Positions 1-9,873 of a stretch of 54,929 nucleotides of DNA are shown here, in pieces. The position numbers were made by a program, and so were the translations under genes. Source of the DNA: a virus (Duplodnaviria; Caudoviricetes). The stretch lies in IMG/VR virus record IMGVR_UViG_3300046383_000025, positions 1-54,929 of that record; one strand, given 5' to 3'. The notes under the pieces are model-generated. The model worked only from the letters and a program-made list of their open reading frames with translations. It was not told the origin of the DNA and ran no database searches. How positions within the stretch are numbered: position 1 is the stretch's first letter; every line of letters starts with the position of its first letter.

Positions 1-127
1 AATGGACCGAGCACACCTGGAATCCATTCGTCGGCTGCACGATCCATACCGCCGGCTGCGCTAACTGCTACGCCATGCGACAGGCCGAGCGCATCGTCCG
101 CCTCACGCCGGGCCGCTCTGTCTACGA
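1..127. repeat. Exact 127-nt terminal overlap with 54803-54929; circular assembly, unit genome about 54802 bp
   Basis: aatggaccgagcacacc...ctctgtctacga is identical at both ends; 127 is a common assembler k-mer; the overlap falls inside one gene. Confidence 0.97.
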
Positions 128-881
128 GGGCACCGTCCGCAACGCTAACGGCAATCCGGTTTGGACCGGGCAGATCAATCGCGCGAGTGACGCGACCTGG
201 CGAAAGCCGCTCAAGGTAAAAGAGCCGTCCATGTTCTTCGTTAACTCGATGTCGGACTTTTTCCACGAGGCCGCGCGCGACGAATGGCGCATCGAGGCGC
301 TGCGCATCATGGCCGCGACGCCTCACCAGTATCAGATCTTGACCAAGCGCCCGGCCGAGATCCTCGCATTCCTGGCGCGCACGCGCGCGAGCTTCCCGAG
401 TAACGCCTGGATCGGCGTCACGATCGAGCGCGGCGACTTCGTCTCGCGCCTCGACACGCTGCGCAGCGTGCCCGCGCTGATCCGCTTCGTCTCGGCAGAG
501 CCGCTGCTCGGACCTCTCGGGCCGCTCGATCTGTCCGGCATTCACTGGATCATCACCGGCGGGGAGAGCGGGCCCGGCGCACGGCCCATGCATGCGGATT
601 GGATCCGCGAGATCCGTGACGCCTGCATCGCGCAGCGCGTGCCGCACTTTTTCAAGCAGTGGGGAACGCCGCAAAACAATCCGCTGTGGAACGACGCTGC
701 AGCGCGACGCGCTGCGCTGATGCGCGCGCGCCCCGAGACCGATCCGAAGAAACCGCTGCCGCGCCTCACGCCTACCGAATGGCTCGCGACCTTCGATCCG
801 CATGGCAAGGGCGGCTCGACGATCGACGGCGCGCAGTGGAAACAGTATCCGGCCTTCGAAACTCAGCCGTTGCTGATCTGA
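1..881 (+). CDS. DUF5131 / phage Gp37Gp68 three-Cys (radical-SAM-like) protein, 3' part; true start at 54772 across the junction
   Basis: Joined translation [35 protein letters not shown]...FVNSMSDFFH...YQILTKRP...RFVSAEPLLG...WIITGGESG...ARPM...FFKQWG. Confidence 0.93.
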   Translation, partial: WTEHTWNPFVGCTIHTAGCANCYAMRQAERIVRLTPGRSVYEGTVRNANGNPVWTGQINRASDATWRKPLKVKEPSMFFVNSMSDFFHEAARDEWRIEALRIMAATPHQYQILTKRPAEILAFLARTRASFPSNAWIGVTIERGDFVSRLDTLRSVPALIRFVSAEPLLGPLGPLDLSGIHWIITGGESGPGARPMHADWIREIRDACIAQRVPHFFKQWGTPQNNPLWNDAAARRAALMRARPETDPKKPLPRLTPTEWLATFDPHGKGGSTIDGAQWKQYPAFETQPLLI

Positions 882-887
882 CGCGCC

Positions 888-1421
888 ATGTACGCTTTTA
901 CCCTCGCAGACCACGGCAAGCGCGCCCGCTACGCTCAAGGGTGCCGCTGCGACGAATGCCGCCGCGCTAACTCCCTCTACGAACGGCTGCGCTTGCGGCT
1001 GCATTCGTGCGGCCTCGCGCAACCCAATCCGCTCGTGCCGGCCGCGGCCGTCGTCGCGCACATCCTGAAACTGCGCCGCGACGGGATCGGCCGCTGCCAG
1101 ATCTCGCGCGTCGCCAAGGTGCCGGCGTCGACAATCTCGCTGATGCTCGCCGGCGAACGGCTGCACATACGCAAGCAGACCGCCGACCGGATCCTCGCCA
1201 TGACCTACCGCGATCGCGCCAACGGCGCGCACATCCGCGCCGGGCTCACCTGGAAACGCATCGACGAGCTGCTCGAGCACGGCTTCAGCAAGCGGCGCAT
1301 CGCGAGGGAGCTCGGCTATCGGTCGCCTGCGCTGCAGCTCAATCGCAGCAAGGTCACGAAGAAGAACGCCGAGAAGGTCGAGAAGCTCTGGCGCAAGTAC
1401 ATGACGATCGAGGGCGCATGA
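888..1421 (+). CDS. Phage DNA-binding protein (HG..RY..GCRC..C zinc motif plus two HTH-like segments)
   Basis: DHGKRARYAQGCRCDECRRAN; GIGRCQISRVAKV; GFSKRRIARELG. Confidence 0.7.
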   Translation: MYAFTLADHGKRARYAQGCRCDECRRANSLYERLRLRLHSCGLAQPNPLVPAAAVVAHILKLRRDGIGRCQISRVAKVPASTISLMLAGERLHIRKQTADRILAMTYRDRANGAHIRAGLTWKRIDELLEHGFSKRRIARELGYRSPALQLNRSKVTKKNAEKVEKLWRKYMTIEGA

Positions 1422-1544
1422 AGTACGTGTGCTCGAACTTCCTAGAGCGGTGCGGGCCCGACGGCGGCCGACGGCCGCGCTCGATCTGCCATATCTGCCT
1501 GCAGCCGCTCGCGCTGCACTCACCGCGCCCACCTGCACCCGTAA

Positions 1545-2231
1545 TTACCCACGCCCCCGCCTGCGAGCGGTGTCGCCGCTCGCTTTCGCCTTTCCCGCAT
1601 TTACCCGTTTAGGCCCACGCTCGCGCACGAGCACGGCGCCGTAGTGCGTCATGTCGTCGTTGAAGCCGCAGTGATAGCCGGTCCAATGCGACACGCGATA
1701 GCGTTGCATGGCCGCGAGCTGCTCGAGCTTCCAGCGGCAGACCTCCAGATATTTCGCGTGCATCGGACCATTGCCCCATCGCTCGACGGCCTGGCGCATG
1801 CTGGCAACGTGCCACGCGCCTTGTAGGCGCAGCTTCTGCCGCAGCCCATCGTTGACCGCGAGCACGAGCACGGGCCCGCGCTCACGCTCACTCGCGAAGA
1901 ACGCCTCGATGGTCGGCCACGGCTCGCCATAGGGATCGACGTCGAGCATCGAGATCGGCAGATGCGCGGCCGCGCCTTCCGCGAGCGACGGCTCGGCCTT
2001 CGCCTGATACACGCACCACGTCGGCCGCTGACGCGCGAGTACTTCGACCTTCGCTAGATCGGTCTCGAACACGGCGCCGCGCGCGACGCTCGTATAGACG
2101 CGCTTGAAGATCTCACCTAAGCCCCCGTGCGTCTCAAGAACGACGGGCGGGGAGTCCGGCGCGAACCGCCTCAGCAAGCTGAGCCGCAGTGCCGCTTTGC
2201 GCTGTAGCGTCGTGTTGTCTTTCTGTGTCAT
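1545..2231 (-). CDS. SAM-dependent methyltransferase-like protein (TcmP-like, DPYG motif)
   Basis: Likely start MTQKDNT at 2231; motif I-like VLETHGGLG; MLDVDPYGEPW. Confidence 0.65.
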   Translation of the reverse strand: MTQKDNTTLQRKAALRLSLLRRFAPDSPPVVLETHGGLGEIFKRVYTSVARGAVFETDLAKVEVLARQRPTWCVYQAKAEPSLAEGAAAHLPISMLDVDPYGEPWPTIEAFFASERERGPVLVLAVNDGLRQKLRLQGAWHVASMRQAVERWGNGPMHAKYLEVCRWKLEQLAAMQRYRVSHWTGYHCGFNDDMTHYGAVLVRERGPKRVNAGKAKASGDTARRRGRG

Positions 2232-2907
2232 GGCCTGTGAGGTAGTAGCGAGCGAGCTCGAGCACGGCCTCGCCGCGGTTGATGATTCCCGTCGCCGCGA
2301 TCGCGCGCTCGAAGTCCGCTGTCTCTGGGACGGCGAACACCACGCGCAGCACATGCCCCGGCGACTTGCCGACCGCGCGCGCGCCGGTGTTCTTGGTCGG
2401 CTTGACGATCGCGCTTTCCGCCATCGTGGAGAGCGAAGCGAGCAGCTCGTCGAGCGGGCCGCCGGCGGGCTCATGTCCGCGCAGCAGCTTCGCGAGCGCC
2501 TCGGGATCCACGCCCGCAAGCTCGGCCATCGGATTGACGATCGCCAGCGCGAGCTTCTCCTCGTCCGGCGTTAGATCGACCCACAGCACCGGCACCGTCG
2601 GCTCGTTGTTCTCGATCGCGATGTCGAGGCGCATCTCGCCGTCGATCAGCATTCGCGTGCGATGGCTCACGAGACACGTGTCGATGTATCCGAGCTGCTC
2701 GAGCGCGTCGCGCATCGCCGCGCGCTGCTGGTCCGGATGCGTGCGCCAGTTCAGCGGGTTGCGCTTGATTGTCCGCGGATCGACCAGCTCGAAGCTGACG
2801 ATCCGATTCTTGAACGCCGCCGCGATGTGGGACTTTGGCAGGCCGGAATTCCGCGCAGCTCCTCGCTTGCGCGGCTTTTCCGTGTTGGACTTTGGCAGGC
2901 GACTCAT
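2134..2907 (-). CDS. ParB N-terminal-like domain protein of the type linked to phage DNA methylases
   Basis: VDPRTIKRNPLNWRTHPDQQRAAMRDALEQLGY...LIDGEMRL...VPVLWVDLTPDEEKLAL. Confidence 0.8.
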   Translation of the reverse strand: MSRLPKSNTEKPRKRGAARNSGLPKSHIAAAFKNRIVSFELVDPRTIKRNPLNWRTHPDQQRAAMRDALEQLGYIDTCLVSHRTRMLIDGEMRLDIAIENNEPTVPVLWVDLTPDEEKLALAIVNPMAELAGVDPEALAKLLRGHEPAGGPLDELLASLSTMAESAIVKPTKNTGARAVGKSPGHVLRVVFAVPETADFERAIAATGIINRGEAVLELARYYLTGHDTERQHDATAQSGTAAQLAEAVRAGLPARRS

Positions 2908-3581
2908 TGAGCGCCGAAAGTCGCCGGCGCGCCCGGCACCGGGTTGACGGTGATCGCGACCGATTGCGTGACGGGCACCGTTCCCGAGAACGCCTTCGTT
3001 GCCGCATTGCTCGCGGCACTCTCAGCGCCGCTCGCATTGACGTGCGTGGCATAGCCGCGCAGCGTCCCGGTCTGCGATACGCCCGTGACCGTATGCATAC
3101 TCGGCCGCGTCGCCGTCATGTCGCTCAGATCGACGCACGTCACGCCGCCGCTGTTGCACGTCGGCAGCGGCGCCGTCGTCGAGAGCGTCGGATTGAACGT
3201 GTGCCGAATCCGGGTGATGCCGCGCTGCGCTTGCGCGTAAGCGGAGCCGTCCGTGTTCTGCGTCGCCGGCGTCCAGGTGAACGTGACGATCGAATCGCCG
3301 GGGAACGTGCACGTGAGCTGCAACTGCAGCGTGCCGCTCGTGGCGATCGTGATCGTTTGCGTGCCGGATCCGGCTTTCGCGCCCGCCCACGACGGATGCC
3401 CGGTCGCGGTACACGGCGTGCCGGTAGTGAGCGGCGGATTGGTAGACCACGACACGTCGGTCGTGATCGAGCCATTGCCGCTCGTGACGCTCGCGCCAAG
3501 CGTGACGGTGTTCTGCGCGAGCGCGGGACCGGCAGCCAGTGCCAGCAGTGCGAGAAGTGCATAACGATTTGCATATTTCAT
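2904..3581 (-). CDS. Secreted Thr/Ser/Gly-rich beta-sandwich (FN3/Ig-like) protein with signal peptide
   Basis: MKYANRYALLALLALAAGPALA-Q signal; TFTWTPATQNTDGS and GAESAASNAA FN3-like motifs; 4 Cys. Confidence 0.7.
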   Translation of the reverse strand: MKYANRYALLALLALAAGPALAQNTVTLGASVTSGNGSITTDVSWSTNPPLTTGTPCTATGHPSWAGAKAGSGTQTITIATSGTLQLQLTCTFPGDSIVTFTWTPATQNTDGSAYAQAQRGITRIRHTFNPTLSTTAPLPTCNSGGVTCVDLSDMTATRPSMHTVTGVSQTGTLRGYATHVNASGAESAASNAATKAFSGTVPVTQSVAITVNPVPGAPATFGAQ

Positions 3582-3876
3582 GCGAGGCGACCTCCGTCGC
3601 TTGGTTTTGAAAGATCGGGGAGAGGATCGGATGCCTGGACCGGCTGATGCCGCGGGACGACCCCCGCGAGACTACCCAAGGCCCGCTGTTGACCCACGGC
3701 ACCAGCCGGCGCCGCTGATTCTACCCAAGGCGGGTCGAGCCGTTCGGCCTCGATTGTTTCGGCGAGCAGCTCGCTCGCTCGCGGCGTGGCCTCGATGTCG
3801 TGCGGGATGCGCCGCCGATCGCCCTGGCGCACGCGCGCGCGCAGCCAGTTGACGCGCAGCTTCGGCGGATCCGGCA

Positions 3877-4713
3877 TCACGGGCCGAACCTCGGCGCCGG
3901 CGTCCAATCCGGCAGTTGCGCGATGACGCGCGAGAAGCGGTCGGCCTTCGAGTCGGCCATGTGCAGATTCCACGCGCCTATGACCCACGCAAGGCGGACT
4001 TTGGGCGGCGGCGGCACCAGCTCCTCGGAGACCGCGGCGAGCCGCTCGCGCAGCTTCTCGGCGGGCTGGCTCTGCTCGCGGCCGACACGGCGGCCGGCGA
4101 GCACGCGGAAGAAGGTCCGCGCGCGCGCCTCGTCGACGTGCACCGCCATATAGAACGCGAACATGAGCGCCGTCGGCGTGAGCAGCGCGGTGGCGTACGG
4201 CGCTTTGTCCGCCTCCTCCATCAGCGGGACCATGCGCGGATGCTGCGCGCGCAGCTCGTCGAGGATCGTATTGCTGATGCGCTTCTTCAGCCCAAGCTCG
4301 GCGGCGAGCGTGCGATGCACGAGCCGCATGGCCGCGCCGACGCTGTTCGGATTCTTGACGCCGCGGATCGCGAGCACGTCGCCGGCACTGCGCTTCTTGC
4401 CCGTGTCGATCGTCTTGAACACTTCCGGATCGAGGCCGCGGATCACGAGGAACAGGATCTCTTTGCCCGACTTGATGACGGCGTCGAGACGATGCTGGCC
4501 GTCGACGAGCTTGCCGTCGCGATCGAACTTGATCGCCTCGCCGTTGAACAGCCACTCGCCGGAGATCATCGCGCCGACGTAATCCCACACCACACCGCGC
4601 GATCGCGGCCGGTTGCCCGCGTTCGTCGCGAGATACTTGCGAGCGAGCTCGGGGCCGATCAGCTCCTCGGTATAGGTCGCATGCGTTTGCACAAGCTGCG
4701 GTGCGGCGCTCAT
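3877..4713 (-). CDS. ParB-like DGQHR-domain protein
   Basis: Start MSAAPQ at 4713 (ATGA overlap with rusA stop); NRP...W..NGEAIKFD.DG.LVDGQHRL.A. Confidence 0.8.
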   Translation of the reverse strand: MSAAPQLVQTHATYTEELIGPELARKYLATNAGNRPRSRGVVWDYVGAMISGEWLFNGEAIKFDRDGKLVDGQHRLDAVIKSGKEILFLVIRGLDPEVFKTIDTGKKRSAGDVLAIRGVKNPNSVGAAMRLVHRTLAAELGLKKRISNTILDELRAQHPRMVPLMEEADKAPYATALLTPTALMFAFYMAVHVDEARARTFFRVLAGRRVGREQSQPAEKLRERLAAVSEELVPPPPKVRLAWVIGAWNLHMADSKADRFSRVIAQLPDWTPAPRFGP

Positions 4714-5138
4714 TGTCGGACCTCGTTTGGCACGATGAAGGGCAAGCCGATCGCATGCGCGCGCCGCTCGATGTAGATCCCCGGCGTCAAGCTCCAGACC
4801 TTCGCCGCGGTCAGCGTCCACACGGGGGAATCATCCTCGTACAGCGCGTCGAGCAGCGCCTTGACGAGGTTGTCGATGTCGGGCGTTGCCTGGTGCGGAT
4901 GTCCCGAGTAGAGCTCCGGCGGCTTGCTCTTGGGGATCGGCATCAAGAACACGACGAGATCGCCCGACGTCGGCTGCCAGACGCGCCGCAGCCGGACCTC
5001 GTCGCGAAACGCGCGATAGCGCCCGACGGCCGGGCGCACGTCGCGGCCGCGCTTCCAGCGATCCGATTGGACCTGGCGCGGCGCCGGGCATGGCTCGATC
5101 GGCCAGAAAGCGGATTCAGGCAAGTGTGGCCTCCCCAT
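4710..5138 (-). CDS. rusA: RusA-family Holliday junction resolvase
   Basis: PAPRQ..SDRWK...RPAV.RYRAFRD...H.A.PDIDNLVKALLDALYEDDS; start may be TTG at 5123 behind GGAGG. Confidence 0.88.
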   Translation of the reverse strand: MGRPHLPESAFWPIEPCPAPRQVQSDRWKRGRDVRPAVGRYRAFRDEVRLRRVWQPTSGDLVVFLMPIPKSKPPELYSGHPHQATPDIDNLVKALLDALYEDDSPVWTLTAAKVWSLTPGIYIERRAHAIGLPFIVPNEVRQ

Positions 5139-5493
5139 TGTTGACGTAGCCATGCCACGCGCAGTCGCCGCTCAGCAAGATCGACCGCGCGCCGCCGGGC
5201 GGATCCCCGTGCAGCGTGAGATCGTCGAGCGAGGTCCCGTGCAGGCTCCAGCGGCCGGGCCCGGGCGTCGCCGTCTCCGGCACGCCGCGCGAACGGCTCC
5301 AGCAGATCACGGAGTGCGTGCCGACGTTGCCGCCGTTTTTGTGAAAGCACTTCGGGCAGAGAAAGCGCACGCCCTGCGCCTGCTCGATCGACGTCACCTG
5401 CGTCCAGCGCGTCGCATCGGCGTCGACGTGATAGGTGAGGAACTCGGCCTCGAGCTGGCGCAGCGTGTACGCCTTGATCTGGTCCGCGCTCAC
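5116..5493 (-). CDS. DUF6527-like small Cys/His protein
   Basis: GVRFLCPKC...H...W...G..LDDLTL...SILL...C.WHGYV.NG. Confidence 0.65.
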   Translation of the reverse strand: MSADQIKAYTLRQLEAEFLTYHVDADATRWTQVTSIEQAQGVRFLCPKCFHKNGGNVGTHSVICWSRSRGVPETATPGPGRWSLHGTSLDDLTLHGDPPGGARSILLSGDCAWHGYVNNGEATLA

Positions 5494-5967
5494 GCCGGCC
5501 GCCTTACGACTCGATCGAAATAGATCTCGATGAACCGCGCGCGCGCCGGTCGCGTGTAGAGGTATAGACAATAGCCCGACGACGGCGGGCGCACGCCCAT
5601 CCTGACCCAGCGCAACGCGAAGAACTGCCACCACGGCCACACGCGCGGACAGCCCGGATGCCCGTGCCTCGCGCCGAGGATCATCGGCTCTCGAATGCGG
5701 ACATAGAACTTTATGCGCATAGCTCGACCTCGATGACGATGAAGGCATTGCCCGACGGCAGCCCGACGGCGCGCCGATTCGGATGCTTGCTCGGCATGAC
5801 GACGACGCACGGCCGCTCGTACGGGTTGCGATCGAGCCGCGCTAGAAGCTCCTCGTGCACGTCGATCGAGAACATGACGCGCTGGCCCCGCTGCGTGTCG
5901 CCGGCGAGCGTCAGCGCGCGCAGCACGCCGAGAGGATCGGGCCCGAATTCCCAGTAATAGCGGCCGC

Positions 5968-6507
5968 TCACTGGACGCTCTGCAGGTGCCGGCCTTGGGT
6001 CACATGCACGGAGCCTTCGCGGCGCTCGACCGTGATGTCGGGCGCGAACTCGACGCGGCCGTCGGGATGCGCGATCGCGACGACATGCCAGCCGAGAGGC
6101 TTGCCGACGCCTTGCAGCGCCGTATCCCATACGTCGCAGACCTGGACGCTCGGATGCCAAAGCACGTAGAGAGCTCGGCCGACGTTCACGGCATTGCGCT
6201 GCGCGCCGGCGGCGTAGATCTCGACGAACGGAGAGCGGCGCCAGCCGGAGTAAGCGAGCCGCTGCATTGCTTCGAGCGTATCGCCGTCCCCGCGCAGAAT
6301 CTCGTTGAGCAGATCCTCGCCGAGAACGTCCTGCAGCTTTTGAAGCTCCGTGCACATCGACTCGAGCGACGAGATGAACGTCAGCGTTTCCTCTCTCGTG
6401 ATCGTCGCCTTTTCCGCGTGGCTTACTTTTTGCTTGAGCAATCGGAGAGCGCGCGCGACGTGTTCGAAGAACTCGTCGCGGGTGCGGTTGTCGGTCGGAT
6501 CATTCAT
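5968..6507 (-). CDS. Hypothetical protein
   Basis: MNDPTDNR start; genome-typical codon usage; coupled to downstream ORFs 5711-5971 and 5490-5720. Confidence 0.6.
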   Translation of the reverse strand: MNDPTDNRTRDEFFEHVARALRLLKQKVSHAEKATITREETLTFISSLESMCTELQKLQDVLGEDLLNEILRGDGDTLEAMQRLAYSGWRRSPFVEIYAAGAQRNAVNVGRALYVLWHPSVQVCDVWDTALQGVGKPLGWHVVAIAHPDGRVEFAPDITVERREGSVHVTQGRHLQSVQ

Positions 6508-6521
6508 CGGAGCCCCCAGGA

Positions 6522-6540
6522 TGCGCACAAGTTATCAACA
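6522..6540. promoter_or_regulatory. Inverted pair of DnaA-box-like 9-mers
   Basis: TGCGCACAA-G-TTATCAACA; the second box is 1 mismatch from TTATCCACA, the first is a degenerate TGTGNATAA. Confidence 0.5.
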
Positions 6541-7080
6541 GCTTCAGGCCTCGCGCGGTTACTACTGGCAGCGTCGTCTTTTTCCAGAAGAAAGAGAACC
6601 AAGACGACAACAGCAGCCGACCGATACGCGGACGGCGGACGCGCCTCTCCCTACCCGCTGACGCGGCCGAGTGGGCGCTCCTCCACAGGACGCGCACCGT
6701 GCTCCGCGCGCAGCGGTCACGGCTGATCGGTTCGCGGCTGACGCGCCGCGGGTGCCCGGGTCCGATCTTCTCCCTCCGGCTCGCTTTTGCACCCAGGCCC
6801 GGCACTCCCGCCGGGCGCTCAGCTCCTCGCGAGTGTTCTCCCTCGACGCCCGGACAGTGACCTTTCACGCGGCGACAGTTGAGACGTCGAGCGGGAGATC
6901 GACGGCCCGCACGCGGGCCAGTCATCTCCCCGAGAATCATTGAATATTTCCGGCATATCCGCCGCGGCCGTCGGCTTTCCGGATTCAGCCGGAACCGGCT
7001 GCGCGAGACCGAGAGCCTCAAGCGCGGCGCGGCAGTTTGACCCGGGATTACTTTCCGAAAGCAGCCGCGGCGCTCGATGG
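6522..7080 (-). ncRNA. Candidate structured non-coding RNA / replication origin region
   Basis: No protein-like ORF; dense nested inverted repeats (6573-6608, 6655-6716, 6725-6767, 6797-6816, 6842-6891, 6893-6930, 6986-7001). Confidence 0.45.
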
Positions 7081-7284
7081 CACTCACAGCGACACGTCAC
7101 GCCTCGGTTGATTATCCGCGTCGCCGCGCAGCGCCACGGATCGCGGTGGCGGCAATGACACGTCACGCGCAAATCTCTTGGTAGCCGCAGCGCCGGCACT
7201 TGAACGCCGCCGGCGAGCCGCTGTCGTGGATCCACACGCACTCGTGATCGTGCAGCCCGATCCAGCAAAGCCAGCGCCATCGCA

Positions 7285-7641
7285 TCATGCGAGCGCCTCG
7301 TACTTCGAGAGGATCATCTGCGCCTCGTCGAGCAGCCGCGGGTCGATGAGCGCCGGCGGCGGGCTGGCGTTGTAGAGGTCCGGCCGCAGATGCCGGCGCG
7401 TGACCTGGCCGTCGGTGATCTCCTCGAACGCGGCCCAATACGCCTTGTCGACGAGCTGGCCGCGCTTGAGCCAGAGCTGCACCGCCTGCGATGTGATCGA
7501 CAACGGCGCCTTGCCGTTCGGCGCGGAGTTGGCCGCGAGGTAGAGCGTGATTTGGTGAGCGAGCTCGCGCTGCGTCCCGACGAGCGCGATCGCATACGCA
7601 ATAGCCAGACGGGCACGGGCGCGGTGCTCAGCTCTTTGCAC
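7285..7641 (-). CDS. Cro/YdaS-like HTH transcriptional regulator
   Basis: AIALVGTQRELA...ITSQAVQLW...ITDGQVTRRHLRPDLY; first gene of the leftward operon; start uncertain. Confidence 0.8.
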   Translation of the reverse strand: MQRAEHRARARLAIAYAIALVGTQRELAHQITLYLAANSAPNGKAPLSITSQAVQLWLKRGQLVDKAYWAAFEEITDGQVTRRHLRPDLYNASPPPALIDPRLLDEAQMILSKYEALA

Positions 7642-7670
7642 TTTTTGCAGTTCTTCTACGCGGGAGCGAG

Positions 7671-7700
7671 AAGCTACACCCAACAGCCCCCGCGGCGCAA
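7671..7700 (-). promoter_or_regulatory. Leftward sigma70-like promoter
   Basis: Minus strand TTGCGC-N18-TAGCTT upstream of the cro-like gene. Confidence 0.5.
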
Positions 7701-7767
7701 ATCAACGGGCCCCGCCCATATACCGCCATATCCCGGGAAAACAGGCTCCCCGCGCCAACAAGCGGCC

Positions 7768-7797
7768 TTGCCGATTTCAACCGTTCGGGCGTAGACT
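7768..7797 (+). promoter_or_regulatory. Rightward sigma70-like promoter
   Basis: TTGCCG-N18-TAGACT at the divergence point of the two early operons. Confidence 0.55.
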
Positions 7798-8148
7798 CCG
7801 CTCCGTGACACTTCGAAGCGCCATAGCCGTGAACCACGCCACGCAAGAGCTTGTGCTCGGGCTGATCGACGACCGGACCCGGTCGCTCGTGAACGCCCGC
7901 CAGCTCGCCGTTGCGCAGCTCGGCCGACACCATCCGAACGTCGGCGAGATCTGCGAGCAGCTCGAGCGGCTGGATCGCGCGCGCGCGGAAGTGTCCACCT
8001 ATCGGCCGCGGGCGGCATGACGTGCGAAGTAGTGAGCGCATGGTCGCCGACCCTGTGAGCGCCCCGCAGACGAGGAACGCCGACCCCACCCTAGGTCGAA
8101 TCCTTGCTCGGGGCGCTCGGCCACGGACCACACCACGGAGGTACAGTC

Positions 8149-9873
8149 ATGTCGTTCACCGTCCCGCCCTCGCCCGCTGCTGCTGAGAAACCGCCGCCCA
8201 AGGCTTCGAGCTGGATCGCCGGCGACGTCACCGTCGTCGAGCGCGACGGTCCGCACGTCTACTCGCGCGCGATCCTGATCGCTTTCGCCACCGTCGAGGA
8301 GATGCGCGCCGCGATGCGGCTCGTCGAGCCGATGCTGCAGATCGGGGAGCGCCGATGATCCACTGGGAGTGGCCCGCGCTTCTGTGGGCCGGCGTGAACA
8401 ACGTCGGCCTATGGGCATGCGCCTATGTCTTGCTCAGCGAGCAGCGCCGCAAGTACGACCGCGTCATCTCGGCCGCATGCGTCGCGATGTTCGTGACCTT
8501 CACGATCAATCTGGCGGTGCTGTATGCGAGGCTCCTATGAGCAGCCACACGCGCGGCCGCTGCAAGCCTTGCGAGATCGTTTGGGAATGGCCGCGTGGCG
8601 AGCGCGCGCTGCGCGGCACGAAGTGTCCGCGCTGCTCGCGCCAGCTCGAGCAGACCGCGCAGAACGTCAAGGCGCGCCGTCGGCGCTACCCGATCGAGCG
8701 GGTCGCATGAGCGCCCCCGGCTCGATGTTCTACGCGCTCGGCACGGTCGCCGCCGCGGCGCTCGTGCATCCACACGAGAAGCCGCTGCAGCTTTGGGTCG
8801 TGTACGACAAGCCGCGCGACTATCCGGAGGATCACGTCGCGCGACGTTGGGAGATCCGCGCCGGCTCGACATGCGCGACCGACGAGACCATCGTCGGGCC
8901 GCTCGGCGCCATCCGCCGCCGACTCGCCGACAAGGGCCTGCATGCTCTCAAGCGCGATCCGACGGATGATCCGGTGATCGTGGAGTGCTGGTTATGATCG
9001 AGATCTTCGCGGGCCTCGTGCTCGTCGGCTTCGCCTGCATCATCGTGTGGATCTTCGGCAACGAGCTGAGCACGCCGATCGACTACCGCGTCGAGCGTTG
9101 GTCGCCGAACGTCTACGGCATCAAGTGCGTGCTGCGCTGGCCGTGGGGAACTCGCTGGATCATCGAGACGGCCGGGCCCGGAGATCCCGGCGTCACGTTC
9201 ACGACCCGCTCGCGCGACGAGGCCGAAGGCTTTGCCGCGATCATGCGCGAGGATCTTCATGACGCCGGCGATCGTCGCGATCAAGCGCTTTAAGTGCGTG
9301 TACTACGCCCTCGCGCGCCGCGACGACGGCCGCCTCTATATCTGCGCGCGCAGCGTGGATAGCTTCACTTGGGGAGATAACAACAATGTCCGACCGATAC
9401 GAGCTGCAGCGGCGATCCCGCAATCGCCGCGCAGTGGTGAGACCTGACGAGCCGCCGACCTCGCTGCTCGACTACAAGCGCCGTAAGGATCTGGAGGCGT
9501 ACGAGCGCCGCCGCGCGCAGATCTGCGAGGCGCGGCGGCAGATGCAGCGGCGCGACCCCGGGCCCGGCAGCTCGATGTCGCTCGGCTGGCTGTGCTTCTA
9601 CGTCGCGGCGCTCGGAGCGATGATCGCGCTCGCGGTGCTGAAGTCATGCGCGTGATCCGCAAGCACGACGACTGCCCGGATCACGTGATCGAGAATCGAC
9701 GCGAGCAGCGGCTACCGAATGCCGACTGCAATCGCTGTCTCGTGCTCGCGCTCGCCGAAGCCAATCAGAAGATCGACGAGCTGCAGGCGCGGCTCGGGCG
9801 CCCGCTTGGCCCATGCGCAGCATGTGGCGCCATGCTTGGCGAAGCTCACCTATCGAGTTGTTCGGAGATCTGA
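8149..9873 (+). other. Run of small translationally coupled hypothetical phage genes, several with membrane segments or Cys motifs
   Basis: ORFs at 8149-8358, 8355-8540, 8537-8710, 8707-8997, ~8994-9293, 9386-9655 and ~9646-9873, mostly with overlapping stop/start. Confidence 0.6.

Noticed and set aside
3877-4713. DGQHR protein as DndB of a phosphorothioation system
   Set aside because: No dndACDE-like genes are present; lone DGQHR ParB-like genes are common in phages
6500-7087. 195-aa minus-strand ORF as a replication initiator
   Set aside because: Arg/Pro/Gly-rich composition typical of translated non-coding GC-rich DNA, with no HTH or initiator motifs
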